Source: Raillietiella orientalis (Eukaryota). From it: 64,000 nt of DNA. Within the stretch, counting starts at the first letter, position 1; each line of letters opens with the position of its first letter. The notes below the pieces were generated by a model, which made no database searches, was not told the origin of the DNA, and saw nothing but the letters and a program-made list of their open reading frames with translations. Shown here piece after piece: positions 1 to 12,949 of this stretch. Where the stretch lies: the NCBI GenBank assembly GCA_036172245.1, contig JAYWIR010000001.1, positions 11,470,001-11,534,000 on the forward strand. Reading direction: 5' to 3'. The translations under genes were made by a program, and so were the position numbers.

Positions 1-3000
1 AAGTCAAAGTCATGTCACATTTGCTGTTGAGTGTGCAATAATTATGAACGTCCAGAACTACTGAGCAATTCTCATGGGTAAAATTATGTAGCAACATATA
101 TATGTGGGAAATGTATTTTTTTGTTATTGTTTGCAAAACTGCTGTTACAGAGAAAATAATCTTTGTAATTACATAGATTCCCCTTTTTTTTCTTCTGGTG
201 TATAGGGTGCATTGTATCCTGCAGCATTGTAAAATGGAAGGTGATTTTAATTACCTTAATGCAGCCCATCGTTCTTTCTCGTTTTATATTTGTGGAAAAT
301 GTTATGGAAAATGCTATCATAACTGGCCATAATGTCTAATGGGTAAAACTGTTTTATTCAATATGTTTTTTCGTGAAATAATCAAGGGATGTACGAACTC
401 AAGCAATAAACTGCTGGTTGATGTCAGGATTGAAACACTTTTTTGTGTGTTCACTTGTCTTGTCAGTTCATCAGTTTTGTTATATAGTGAGGGTATTATT
501 AAAGCTACAAACTAAAGTTTCAGATGTTACTGTGTTTTCCTTTGGATAGATTCCATGAATTGAAAACTCGTAATCAAAAATATCAGGTATGTTTGAGAGG
601 TGTGTCAATTCAAGAAAAAGAATAGTTTTGCACAAGCACTTTCTTTCAAAGCACTATCACACAGTTCCATTTCATGTTGGTTGATTGGTTAGTTATTGAC
701 TGGAACTGTTAAGTAAGCACAGAGGCATTTCATTGTTTTCCACAGAATTTTGGAATGAATTATTCAGTAAGAAACATGTAGCATGGCAAAAACTTTTTGG
801 CTGTAATCTTTATGGATTAAGAAACCCAAATTTGTCCGGTAGTTAGAGGGGTTTCTTGGGGAAACGTGCTTTCAAACATGCATTTCACTGAATGCTCTCC
901 CATTTCCATCCAGATGTTGATGCTGTTTGGCAATTGAGAACAAAGTGGGAAATAAGACTGCAAAATTTTCGTATTTGTGTGGTGGTTTCTGCAGTAGTTT
1001 TCTGTAGGAGTTGTGTTTCTTACGAGTATGTCCTTAAGTTGCATCTCATTGAAGGTTGAAGCACTCACCTTTCTCTTCACAACAGTTAATTTGCAAATGA
1101 CGAAGATTTCTGCACAGTCGCAACCATGGTGAGCCTGTGAAAGTGGCCTGCTAGAGCAAAACCATTCCTAATTGCTAACCACACATAACAGCAGTTTCTC
1201 CATGTTGCCAGAGAGTTTTTCAGTGTCCAGCTCGTCAGTCCACATTAAGTGTCCACATAAAGGCGACATAGTTAGTGCAAGCTCTGTACTGTGCACTACC
1301 CTCTGGAAAACTTTTGATGATTCCTAGTAGCACTTAAATGAGGGTCTGCCACAAGGTGCAGCGTGCATCGATTTTCCAGTTACAAATTCAACAGAGAAAT
1401 GCAATAAAACAGTTTAGGACATGACAGTAAACTGTCAGTTTAACATGTGCTAAACGACTTGGTTAGCATTGAATGCTATGGAAATACCAGAGTGAACATA
1501 TGCTGGAAGATAAACAAATATTGCAGATCTTTTTGGTTTCGAGTTTACGTTTTAAAAATTACAGAAATTGGCTGTAGTTTCTGATATTCTTTGTTAATGG
1601 GTTATTTAAAATATTAACGCATTAATTGTGAAATTAAGTGTTGATGCTTGTACTCCCGCCACATCAAGGAAAAGCACTTATTTGGTTCCCACTGGAATCA
1701 TTTTTTAAACCGTTCGTTATGTTTTTCGCTTAGTTTGCACTGTCTGTTATTTTTCGACATTTGATATTCATTATAAGAAGCTCATGAGAGCTGCATTCTT
1801 TCCATGCCCCTTGTGTACATCAAAATCATGATATTTTGGTGTACATAGGGATTGAAAACATCTTACATCTGTGAAGCAGGAATTGAGGATTGATTTTTCT
1901 GTGGGATAATGCTCCGTTTCTCTGCTAAACACGTCAAGGAGCCAGAAAGCTTCACCAGGAAAATAGTTGTAGGGGCCAGTTTTTAAGACCCATCTGCTGT
2001 TGCTGCTTTGGGCGTTCAGGAAATTAACAGGAAGAGAAAATTATTAGTAGAAAGTGCAATGAGCGAGTAGCACTGCAGATGCTAAAAAGCATTTTAAATA
2101 ATCATCAAGTAGACTGGGAATGCATTTAGGTTCCAAAGCGCACGCTATTTTCACTTCAGAGAATCTGTGGTCGGAAAGTCGGATAGTCATTTAGGTATAT
2201 AAGCAGAAGACGAAGTCTTCAGCTAGCGAGCAGGGAAGGAAATTCAAAAACGTGAGAGAACTCTTTGCTGAAATGTTCTTCCGGAGCTTTGTCCGTTTCA
2301 TTAAAAGAATTCAGGCATCTTTTTTGTGATAACACTCGAAATATTTTCCGTGCCTTTCTCCACATGGAAGAAAATCGATGCTTTCCTTCATCTGACAGAA
2401 ATGGCCTTAGGTCGACTAGAGAACAGTGGCTTTCGTAGAAGTTCCGCTGCACTGCATTTGATTTTGCAATGTCGATTATCCTCCGGGAAGTGAAGCTGTC
2501 GATGCTTCAAAGAATTCTATGTGCACTCGAATGATTTTGAAACGAGCATTCTGCTCGTTTCAAAATCATCTCTTAAATTAAAGGCTATGGAACAGCTCGT
2601 AAACGTTACTAATCGATGGTGTAGAAGTTGTCTTCTGTTAGTTGGAAGCATGATGGTGTTTGATGAATACCTGGATCCTTGCGAAAACAGTAGATAAATA
2701 AGATATTGGAGCATTATTAATATGAAGGAGAAAAATCTTGTCTTAGCAAATTAGGAGAAGGAACCTCTGGTGCATAGCTAAAAGATTTACATTATTTTCT
2801 CTTGAGGAGCGCCTTTGCGAACCCGCTTTGATGGATCTTCATCCTTACTAACTGGAAACAGGAGAGCAGCGTGTAAGGGTTCCATAGAGATAGTATTAGG
2901 GGGCAGAAAGATATCATGAAATGGGTACATAAGAAAAATTGAACCCAAGAAGGAAGCTCTTCGCTTTTATAAAGAAAGAATTGCTTACTCCAGAGGTTAA

Positions 3001-3570
3001 CAGCACTCATCTACCAGTGTCTCTACGCCATGGAATGTGAAACATTCCTGTATGTGCCATACGCAGTCGTGTTTTCAATGCACTGAATATAAGGGGCTAT
3101 AATATTTACTCAATAATACACGTGTGACCTTAATCAGTTCAATCAGATAACGCGTTGAGATATAGGATCAATTCCGAAAGGTAAATTATAAGATAAAAAT
3201 CGTACAGAGTTTTCGAATAGTGGAAAAGATTCTCAGAAATTGCATTTTCTCTGTAAGAGATCCAGCAATGGTATTCAAGAGATACTTCACGGAAACCTGT
3301 CGACAATCCCATTGCTTGAATGAAAGTGTCTACCAGCTTCGAGTCTGATCCCTGTCGGCTAGTCACAGAAAACTGATTCAGGATATGCGCGCGTTGCATT
3401 GACATCACAGTTCGAATACCACCTCTCCTCAGTCCAAGCACAACGCACATGTGCTCTTTTCCGCTTGTTATCTGACGCAATACGTATCTAGTGTGAAAAG
3501 ATGAGAAAAGGTTCGATTCGATCTCTTACTTTGCATTTGCACTTTGTTGCTTCCATAGGAGGGAGTGATA

Positions 3571-3705
3571 GGCCGCTCCTGGAGGTACCACAATACCAGG
3601 TCACCCCATGGCAGGAGAGGAGCATGCCACCCACTTCCCAGAATTAGTTAAACTTACTGCCCACCAGATAGGTGGTGTATCAGACATTAAGCTGATCAGA
3701 GCACA
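3571..3705 (-). ncRNA. U2: U2 snRNA copy lacking the first ~40 nt (probable pseudogene or retroelement target remnant)
   Basis: Minus strand reads GCTCTGATCAGCTTAATGTCTGATAC (stem IIa; cf. U2 GTTCTTATCAGTTTAATATCTGATAC), a CCACC-TATCT-GGTGG hairpin (IIb), a degenerate Sm site AATTCTGGG, and GACCTGGTATTGTGGTACCTCCAGGAGCGG (stem IV; cf. GACCTGGTATTGCAGTACCTCCAGGAACGG). Stem I and the branch-point recognition sequence are absent. Confidence 0.8.
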
Positions 3706-5300
3706 TTTACTTCTCTCAGAGAGAGAACACATTCAAGGGAATGATGGGTGGCTAGTCTACTCAGCTTATGGATCACGTGTTGCGTGAGAAAGGTTCAGTC
3801 TTCACCTGCGAGTTGCTTTCGAGCTGCTTAGCCTCATCCACCTCGGGTAGCAGGAACAATATTGTTCTTTGGGTAGATGACCTGAACGATTCGTGCAGTA
3901 CATGTCCCTCGAGTGCTAAGTCGTACAAGAGTCCGTGAGCTTGCGCATCGTGTCTTCCTACTTAAAGGAGTGCGCAAGTCTCCCAGTCATATTGTGTCTT
4001 CCAACAATATCTCCTTGGCAACCATATGCTCTCTCGCAGGATTGAACCTAGAATGTCCTCTCCCAGAGGATTCCCTAGGTAGCGACAGGCTTCGGAGGAT
4101 CTAGGAAAGGGATGTCTTCCTCATGAATTTGGAACATCATTGGGTGGGTACCCTTTGGATTCACAGAAGAGTTGTACAACGACGTACACGTCCTCGCATC
4201 CATCTCGAACTTAGATAGACGGCAAAGATCTTCAGGCAGGGATAGTTGATTTTCAAAGAGGGCCGAAGAATCGGCTAAGAAAATGCCCTCTCTACACTCT
4301 TTTAGCTTGTGGAGTAGCGATTCAAAAGAGGTATTAAAAGCAGCGAGCCGAGTGGACATCCCTGCTTTCCTAAATAAAGGCTATGGAATACATTGATCCC
4401 TAAATAAATCCCGCAAATATCTGCGTACATCATCCAGACGGACAGCCAAACCCGCGTTCTGTGCAAAATTCCGACCCCGTCGAAGGGTGGAAATTATTTT
4501 TCCTCCTTGCAGATAACTTGCTTTTCCATCGTCCAATCGCGGAATCCGGCTAGCAGGCATTTGGCGAGAAGCCGCTATGGACTCTCGGTTGAATCTGATA
4601 CCTTCATTCGAATCTCGGGTTATCCGGGAGGAATGCGGTGCGGGAATTCTGCCTCCACATCGGAATCCACCTAAAGCGCGCACAAACACGAAAAATCGGA
4701 GTCGGAAAGAGTCCACTGCTCGCCACCCACTGTGAATGATTCACGCATCTGATCCCGGAGAAGTTTCCACAGATCTGAGCACTGCGATCACACCACCTCA
4801 TGAAAAAGTCGAGTTCTGTCGGAGGCGGTAACCGATTTCTTCGACGCCAAAGTCATGCTCACGATAGATGTCTGCTCCAACACCTGAGAAAGACTCGACA
4901 TGGTGTGGTTGAGCATCGAAAACATTTATCCGTACCACCCTATACGCTCCCTTATTAGCTCTCCCCTAATAGATCCAATAGAATTTTGGATATCAGGCTC
5001 GCAGTACGGGTCAGCCGTTTTTCGGTGCAGCATGGATTCTTTGGCGTTTACGGTATCGGGGGAAACAGATGCGAGTTCGACACCTTTCTTGATAGGTCCA
5101 CTTTCTTCTCCTTCTTGAAATCTCCCTTTCCCTATGTAAATTTTGCAGATGAATCCTGGAGCTCGACAAGCCATCTAGAACGGCCTTCAAATGTCGAGCA
5201 CGGCGTCAGCTGCAACGACCCTTCACTAAAGATGAATGAGGTGAGCCGACTCTGAGGTGTTCTAAAGCGCAGCGAAACGTCCCGCTCAAGCGGCAGCATC
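3706..5300 (-). mobile_element. Decayed Penelope-like retroelement fragment (RT thumb, possible GIY-YIG remnant, 3' end)
   Basis: ORF 4381-4716 contains ...KIISTLRRGRNFAQ...RRYLRDLFRDQCIP, resembling the PLE RT thumb consensus (SxIxTLxRRAxxxC...YLxxxFxxNGYP). Many stops and frameshifts. Confidence 0.45.
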
Positions 5301-5809
5301 TACCCTTCTCATTCTAAATCCATTGACTTGTGTAATCCTCGCCATCCTTTCCAGAAGAAGACGGCGCAGTTTGCTAAACAGCCTCTCGATTCACAGAACT
5401 CTCTCCACCAATCAGTTCCACGTTCAGGGACTCTCCAGCATCGTCCTCTGGGAGGAAGGGCCATCCTAGAAACCGTGCTAATTTGGAGAGACAGGCGTCT
5501 AAGGTCGACTCCGAGCGAGCGTCACCTAGCAGCCAGGCTGATTGCGAGCAGGGGACACCCAGGAGTCAGGACGATTAGAAGAAAGAAGGACCCTTTTCAA
5601 ACTTCATTAGCGGAAGGATCACATGGCGGGGAGGCACCAGCAGATGGGTGACGGTAATCTCTGCATGGATGCGAGTTTACCACACCGGTGCCATCTTCCT
5701 TGTGCGCGACCCGAAACGCCGCTTCGTGCTTTGCAATTGATGACGCCTTCAGCCTTCAGCTGCACTAGCCGCAGGCGTCTCCAGGGGATGGAAGGGATTC
5801 GTTTCGTAG

Positions 5810-6210
5810 TGGGTCAAACTGGAGCGGGCCAAAATCCCGAACGCCGAAATTCTGAGAAATTACGAAAGAATAAATGCATGTGTTTATTATATATACTGAT
5901 CTACATTTGTTTAGGTATTTATTAATAAGTATTAATACATATGCATGTTAATAAATATTAACACATATTCGTGTTTGAATGAACTTGTATACCAATCTAC
6001 ATAGAAATACATATATTAATAGACATAATAAGCATCCATATTCGTGTTTTATAATCTTTTTAATATATGTAGATTTATATATTGATCTATGTATAAACAT
6101 GTGTGTCAATATATGCAATAAACACGCATATATACATATATTTTGATGATCTCTCGAGACTTCGACATTCGGGATTTTGATCGTTCAGGATTTCGGACCG
6201 AACCCAATCA
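5810..6210. mobile_element. MITE-like element with imperfect ~100-bp terminal inverted repeats and an AT-rich interior
   Basis: CAAAATCCCGAA (5830-5841) pairs with TTCGGGATTTTG (6168-6179). Imperfect pairing continues inward (TGTGTTTATTATATATACTGA vs TCAATATATGCAATAAACACG). No TSD identified. Confidence 0.55.
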
Positions 6211-6229
6211 AGACAATGATCAAACCCTC

Positions 6230-8172
6230 TGAGCAACGAATGCCGCATTGGATGTTGAAAAGGATTTGGCCTCCCTTTCTGAAAGTCTTGTGGACTGAAA
6301 AGATCCATGACCAAGACCAATACTTTCAGAAAGGGAGACTCTTAGAAAGATCATTCTGATAGTATCTAAGCGTCTTGAGGACCACCCTTTCTGAAAGTTG
6401 GCGAGATCAGATCCGCCCGGTATGCCTGTCGTGTCGGCCCACATCTTTGCTGCTGCTCCCCATGACAACCCCGGCATCCGCACTCGAGGACTTCCAGTTG
6501 CTAAGTCGGGGTGCAGACCTTGAGGCGAACAGGGCGAAGTCATCTATTGGCGCGACGAGGCCCAGACGGTCGCACTGGATTTGCTTGGGGATCCTCACGG
6601 GTGGGTGATTCAAGTACCTTGGAATTCCCTTGGGGGAATTCTGCGTTGGAAGGTTTTACTTGCAGGAACGTGCCGCAGTGTGGAATGAGTTTGTGGTTCC
6701 TCTGCTCCGTCTCCTACTTTTTGTATGCCGCGTCTCATCCAACATCAGGAAGCGAACCAAGGACCTCTTGAGGAAATCCCTCTGGGGACAGGGAGGTGGC
6801 TACGCGTAGGGATGGTGGACTGGGTCTCCTTACGCTGGAGAGGATGAAACCTCAGCTCCAGATCAGAAGACTCGCCCTTGCATCCAAGTTGTGGATCACA
6901 GCATGGTGATCTCCGGCTCGAATTGTTGTTTAGCGAGCAGCTGGTTGCGAAAGACTGACTCTGGTATTCGTGGCCACCGGGCGAAGTTTGAGCTATCTTG
7001 GCTCCCAGCTCTGAAAAATGGTTACCTTGGTCTGAAGGAATCCCTGAATCTCCTGTCTTCCCGCGAACTGGACTGCCTGGCTGCGGGAGTCAGTTCTCGT
7101 CTTGGGTAAAATCAACGGCACGAGCGAGGCAAAGAACATCTGCTTGCGAAACAGCAGATACACTCGTTTGTCGTCGAGTTTGATCCTGGGTAACACCAGG
7201 AATCCACTGTGGGCTTCGTTCATCCCCCCTTTCCCTAGTAATGTCCTCCTTCAAACACTCAAAGGACAGCGACTTTCCAGGAAGATGGGAGGCGTCCTGC
7301 TGCATTGAAGGCAGAAACAAAGTTCTGTGCGCGTGGACTATTCGGTAACTCACGGACTCTGTGATCCCAAGTGGCCCGTCGAAAGGAATTGTACGCTGGA
7401 GCGAGCTCCTCAATCCCTGCGTAGGAGGTGAAGTGCTCTCATCGTTCTGGAACAGTGGCACCCTCCCTCTCGAGTGACAGGAGTTGGCGTTGCTGGTGTC
7501 GCATTGGGGGATCCATGCAAAGAGCGCCTCCACCTGTACTGGGGGGAGGGGGATTGTGGATGCCAGTTGTTGAAGGTGTCGGGAGAAGGAGACCCGGTTG
7601 GTTCCCGTTCTTTCTGCTAGACTGTGCCGTCCTCCGATCGTTTTGGGATTGCCTCTCGACCCTTGGAATCCCGGTTAGAGGTTCCAGGTATTTTCCGACT
7701 CCTCTTCGTGCGTATCGCAATGCCGCAGCCGCGTATCTTGCAGTGCTTTGCTGTCTTCGTGGGATCGTGGTGGTATGGATGGCCAGCAGAAGCCAAATTG
7801 GAAGTGAAGCCATCCACTGAACTACAATCTTCTTGAAGGCCGCCTCGAGATGACCCCATCTGGGTAACCTATAAACAGAACTTGTCACCATCGTGTCCAG
7901 GATGCTGAGGACTTCTCGCAGGAAGCGTGTGATCCCATTCCCGTTCCCTTCCCCCTTTCCCAGTAAAACTTATTCTCCTGTTTTTCTACTTTTGTTTGTT
8001 TCTTGTTTTCCGGTTTTTCCTTCCCCATCGCTGTGGGAACGGACTTCAAAGGTCTCCGTACCGGTCATGGCAAGTTCCGGACACACGAATATAGTGTTTA
8101 GACCACACTAGAACATCTACGTGTTTTTTTTCTTATTGAATAATAAATGCCCCGGAAAAACCGAGTGGAAAA
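6230..8172 (+). mobile_element. L1/Tx1-type LINE, 5'-truncated and decayed (RT to 3' terminus)
   Basis: Remnants LLLLPMTTPASALEDF and LLDCAVLRSFW...LAVLCCLRGIV match the 1194-aa ORF2. Pyrimidine-rich 3' UTR, AATAAA at 8142 and terminal hairpin CCCGG-AAAAA-CCGAG-TG. Confidence 0.8.
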
Positions 8173-8615
8173 CTTGATGCAGAAGAAAATGGCGAAGCAC
8201 AGCAGTCGCAGAATTGATCAGAACTAGAGTCTTACCAGTTTCGCAAAAGGTATTGGAGACTTCGGCGATATGTGTGCACGTTAATGATGGCGCCTCCGAC
8301 CTCGATTGGAACTAAACACTCTCGCGTAATGGACTGATTCGAAATTAACAATGTCCTAGATGAACACTTCTAAAAGAGTCCAAAGGACCAATCAGACCCG
8401 ACAGCAGGAGAACGCATCCACTGAGATCATGTTTTGTGGCTCGTCATCCGTTGGAACTCGAACTTTCAACAGAAGCTCGGGCCACCCACGGCAGATGAGA
8501 GAGTGGACCAATCCAAGAGGTAGGTACGCGCGTTTCGCTCCTGAAGACTCGAGCTGTGGCACGGAACACCAGGAAGGACAACGACGAGGCAAGGGACAGC
8601 CTCACCTTCAGAAAC
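8112..8615 (+). repeat. Left arm of a 504-bp inverted duplication
   Basis: Reverse complement of 9529-10032. The same ORF translations (MNTSKRVQRTNQ...) appear on opposite strands. Confidence 0.95.
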
Positions 8616-9528
8616 TTCGGGTTTGTGGCACACGGCCCAAGACCTCGGTCTTGGGCACGCTTGGAAACACTCGAGCAACCCTCGTTGTCAGTCAAGCAAC
8701 CAAACGCCGTTCAGTCCAGTCTCGGGAGCGGTTGCTTCCGTCGTCTTGCGATCCACGGTCCTGCTGGTCACTTCCAGCAAGGCTAGACGAGCGGCGCAGC
8801 GCACGGCTTCATTTGCGCACACAGAGGGCGCGAATGGGAGCGGGGGGAACAGCAGCCTCATGCGCACGCTTGGAGAAATCCACGCATGGAGCCGTGGACT
8901 CTCAGTCAGCGCCCAAGCCTAAAGCGAAGGGCAACCCGCGGGAACCAACCGTAGTGAAGAGGTAGCCGGGAGCTTGCTAGGAGCGAGCGACAAGAATAAG
9001 AATTGAAGAGGGGGAGCGAGCAGGAACAGGTGGAAGGGAGCCAAGGAGAACTGCACAGGTTCCACGGTTCCAAGCACTGAAGGCAGCAGGACAAGATGGC
9101 ATTGGCGGAACTCTTCCTGCGTAAATATGAGGACGCCATATGCTCAGCTGCGATGACGCAGCTGAGCATATGGCAAGTGTCGGGCAGCGTCAAATCTCAG
9201 CTGACTGCAGACAGGGAGACAGAAAAACGTCACAGTCCTCCGTGTGGATGCAGCGGATCGTTCAACCCGTCTGAACGACTCGTGCTTTGCTTAACAACGG
9301 CAGGTTGAGTCTTGAGCAACCTCTGGTTCTCGGCTTGCGATCTAGCTTTCCGCAGTCAGAACGATGATCTCGGTTCGCGTGCTGGGATGCTGCGGGAAAA
9401 TCAACATGAGAATCGTAATGTTCCGCACGCGATGTTTCTCAGCGAAGATATCTCGGAAGAGCAGACCCCCTCACACCAAATCAACCATCACTGATCGCTT
9501 TGCAAGCACTTTCGTGAACAGCACATCT

Positions 9529-10032
9529 GTTTCTGAAGGTGAGGCTGTCCCTTGCCTCGTCGTTGTCCTTCCTGGTGTTCCGTGCCACAGCTCGAGTCTT
9601 CAGGAGCGAAACGCGCGTACCTACCTCTTGGATTGGTCCACTCTCTCATCTGCCGTGGGTGGCCCGAGCTTCTGTTGAAAGTTCGAGTTCCAACGGATGA
9701 CGAGCCACAAAACATGATCTCAGTGGATGCGTTCTCCTGCTGTCGGGTCTGATTGGTCCTTTGGACTCTTTTAGAAGTGTTCATCTAGGACATTGTTAAT
9801 TTCGAATCAGTCCATTACGCGAGAGTGTTTAGTTCCAATCGAGGTCGGAGGCGCCATCATTAACGTGCACACATATCGCCGAAGTCTCCAATACCTTTTG
9901 CGAAACTGGTAAGACTCTAGTTCTGATCAATTCTGCGACTGCTGTGCTTCGCCATTTTCTTCTGCATCAAGTTTTCCACTCGGTTTTTCCGGGGCATTTA
10001 TTATTCAATAAGAAAAAAAACACGTAGATGTT
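9529..10032 (-). repeat. Right arm of the 504-bp inverted duplication
   Basis: Reverse complement of 8112-8615; spacer 8616-9528. Confidence 0.95.
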
Positions 10033-10329
10033 AGGCCCGGAAATCAACAGACCACACGCAAAACACTTCGCTGATGCAGCCATGGGAGAGTCGCGATTCT
10101 CATCCTTTGCTCTTTCCTGAGCAATCATCAGACACGCAGGATCGCACCCAAGCCTTCGAGAATCTCGATTGAAACCTGAATTTTTCCCCCCCTGCCAGGA
10201 ATCGGGAGAATCCCCCCATGTCTTGCGTCGCACACCTTTCCTATCGAATGTGCGAGGCAGGCGACGACCCACCGCGAATGAATAAGAGGAACTGAGCTTC
10301 TCTTTGTTCACTCGTGCTTGAAGGAATTT

Positions 10330-11080
10330 TTCCAGCAGCAGGGATCCTCCGCCTCTCGTGGGTGCGGCGGTGCGGTGCAGGTGGGTATCCGTAGCCGATG
10401 GCGTCCTTCTCGAGTTCATCAGCTGGAGCAAAACTCCGCAAGCTTGGGTCCTGGATTCAAGATGGCCGTTCGTCTAGCCGATGCAGAAACGAGCACCCGC
10501 TCCGGGAAAAAGGACTCTTTTCCGGCAGGGGCGACGGTTCCTCCGTTTCGGGTCACGCCGTTTGGCTCCTCGGTTTTTCGGACGGTCCGCAGTCAGCCTG
10601 TCTTGAGAATGCGCTACGGCCGCTGTCCGGAGCGGCTCCTCGTGGGGCGCAGCTCGCCTCCTCCGATCGGATGGTCAGCCTTTCGCGACAGCAGGCCTGG
10701 TGGTGGAGCCCTGGACCTGGGCTCAAGACGCTCACCTCGCCACGAAAGGATGAGCCCGTCGTTTTCATCTCGCAACCGTCTGTCGCGATTCACAAGGGAC
10801 CCCGGAAATCAGCTGACGAAGTAAGTGAGCGGCCTTTGGCTCGGCAGTCGAAGTGCTTGCCGCTGGCTCTTGTCCCTGGCGCGAAGCAGGGAGCGAACCC
10901 CCTGACGCGAAGTCACGTCCGTTTCCCAGTTCAATAGAGTGGTCGCGAGTGGCAGCGGGAAAACGCTCTCTCACCAGACATGGAAGGAGCATACCTTGCC
11001 TACACTCTGTATACGGGGCATCCTCCTCCTCCCACGTGCATTCTGTACGCGTCGATTAAGAAAAAGTTTCATTCGAAGCC
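10330..11080 (+). pseudogene. Heavily decayed ORF2 fragment of the main LINE family (post-RT region)
   Basis: Similarity to the LLRIAL...RRDGGLGLLTLERL region (TTTCGCGACAGCAGGCCTGGTGGTGGAGCCCTGG). Confidence 0.45.
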
Positions 11081-11199
11081 TGCTCTCTCTCGCGGCAACC
11101 CATACGTGCGAGATGAAGGCATCACCTGATACTGCAGGCCCGCCAATTGGCGGACTCCGAAAGAAAGATGTTCGGAACACCCGTTTCGTTTTCCTGCTA

Positions 11200-12760
11200 T
11201 ATAGGAGCAGGAGCGAGTCGGGATTCCCTTACAGAAGAGGAATCGCTCAGCATCCGCCTCCAGCATGTTCGCCGTCCTCCTTGTCTGTGTGGCCCTGTCA
11301 GGGTAAGATCTTCAGGTCTTTACTTTGCAAGACTGTGGCTCGTTCACGTTCTTTCTCCAGGGTTGCCCGCGTGAGTACTGACCAGCCGGTCCACACCCTC
11401 CATTTGGGATTCCACAAAGTACTGGTGAGAACCGCGCTACCTGACTACGCCCGAGGCGACCCCAAACCCCACTTTTCAGCGTCAGTGGTACACCGTCGTC
11501 CAGGCAGGCTCTGGGGAGGAAGAATTCACTGTCAACGCAGACAGCACGTTCAGTGGTCTCTGGGTTCCGGACATTCAATGCGAAACGCCTTGGTGCAGTA
11601 AGCGACACGTCCGGATGAATAGCGGTGCCTCTTCAATGTGATGTGATCTTCTTCTAGAAACGCACAAGCGATTCGACCCTTCTAAGTCTTCCACATGGAG
11701 GGATAGGAGAAAGAGCCTTTCGAGATGGTACTTGGGAGTGTACTTAAGCACAAGAGAGGGTGCGGACAACATCAAGGTAGGTGCTACTCTCAGAGTTCCG
11801 GCACTCCGACCTCTTTTAGGTTCGAAATATCGATACGACGCTCGCATTCGAAGAGGAAGAGTCGCTCATAGAGTTGTTCACCCTGGAAACCAACAGCTCG
11901 TATCTGCATCAGTTCATGGTCGGAGATGGGCTCCTTGGATTGGACCTGCTGAGTCTGCAAGTGGTTGCTGACCAACCCAAGATTTACGGATTTTCCCTTG
12001 GAGAGTAAGGAGAGATGTGAAGTCCTGGAATAGCGCTTTGCCTCTCCTCCAACCAGGGAGTTCGGTTCCAAAGTGACCTTTGGTGGAGTCGACTCCGAAG
12101 ATTGGAAGAAAGTCCGGCATTCCGTGTCGAAACCACTCCTGGATCGGAGTGGGAAGAAGTGGCCCAATATGGCCTCGTTCTCTTTAGAAGGGTAAGGAAG
12201 TACCCCTTCAGCTCGTGAGGGTGTCCCAAGCGACGGACCCTGCGCGCTTACCAGAGACGGTGGCGTGCAGGGAGCCACCCCCGAGTTTGCAAAGCGCGTC
12301 GTGTAAAGTTTGGACCTTCGGGGGAAATTAGTTCCTTCTCAGCATCCGTCTGAAAAGCGCACCCCTACACCCGGGCAATTTTCGATCCCTTCCCCAATTT
12401 CTGACTTGCAGGATTTCCTATGGAGGTGAGTCTTTCGGAATAGGCGACGAAACAAGCGCCGTGATCGACACTGGCTTGAACTTTATGGAAGTACCCGAAG
12501 ACTTCATGCAATGGTTGCTGAAGTTCATTCCCGCGACACCCTCCCCGCCGTTCAACCGTCTGTACAAGGTTGGTGCTTCGCCGATGGCCGTGGCCTTGAT
12601 GATCACTTGCCACGCATAGATGTCTTGCGACAGCCGCGATCCTAAGAAACAAAAGGACGTGACCTACTCGTTCGGCAACGGAGTGCAAGTTTCTCTTAAC
12701 GTCATGGAGTACTCAATCCCGGTAAGCAAAAATTCCGATCGGTAGGGTGGCAGCTCCTGC
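11200..12760 (-). mobile_element. Decayed fragments of a probable Penelope-like element
   Basis: LKYTPKYHLERLF (N-terminal PLE-like region) and DIYAWQVIIKATAIGEAPTLYRRLNG (GIY-YIG-like spacing). Confidence 0.3.
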
Positions 12761-12949
12761 ATCTGCGTTCTGCTTGCATGCGCGGAACATCTCTTCTTTA
12801 CACGGGGGGGTCTCTCGCGCAAGAAGACATCGTGTTCTCTGAGGACAGCTCAGAGAACAAAACGTTTCGCAGCCTTTGGCTGCTTCAAGCAGTCAGAGGA
12901 TGCTTGTCTGCCGGGAATCGCTCGAGGCTATTCTCGGCTGACCAACTGA

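Noticed and set aside
1-3540. Short ORFs and a faint CxxH (hAT-like) hint near 1360 in the AT-rich flank
   Set aside because: No coherent domain, exon structure or terminal repeats could be supported.
3760-3812. Hammerhead-like arrangement (CTTATGGA-TCACG-loop-CGTGA-GAAA), with similar ones at 5252-5300 and 25147-25185
   Set aside because: The CUGANGA/GAAA core or the cleavage triplet is broken in each, and they are antisense to the Penelope-like remnants.
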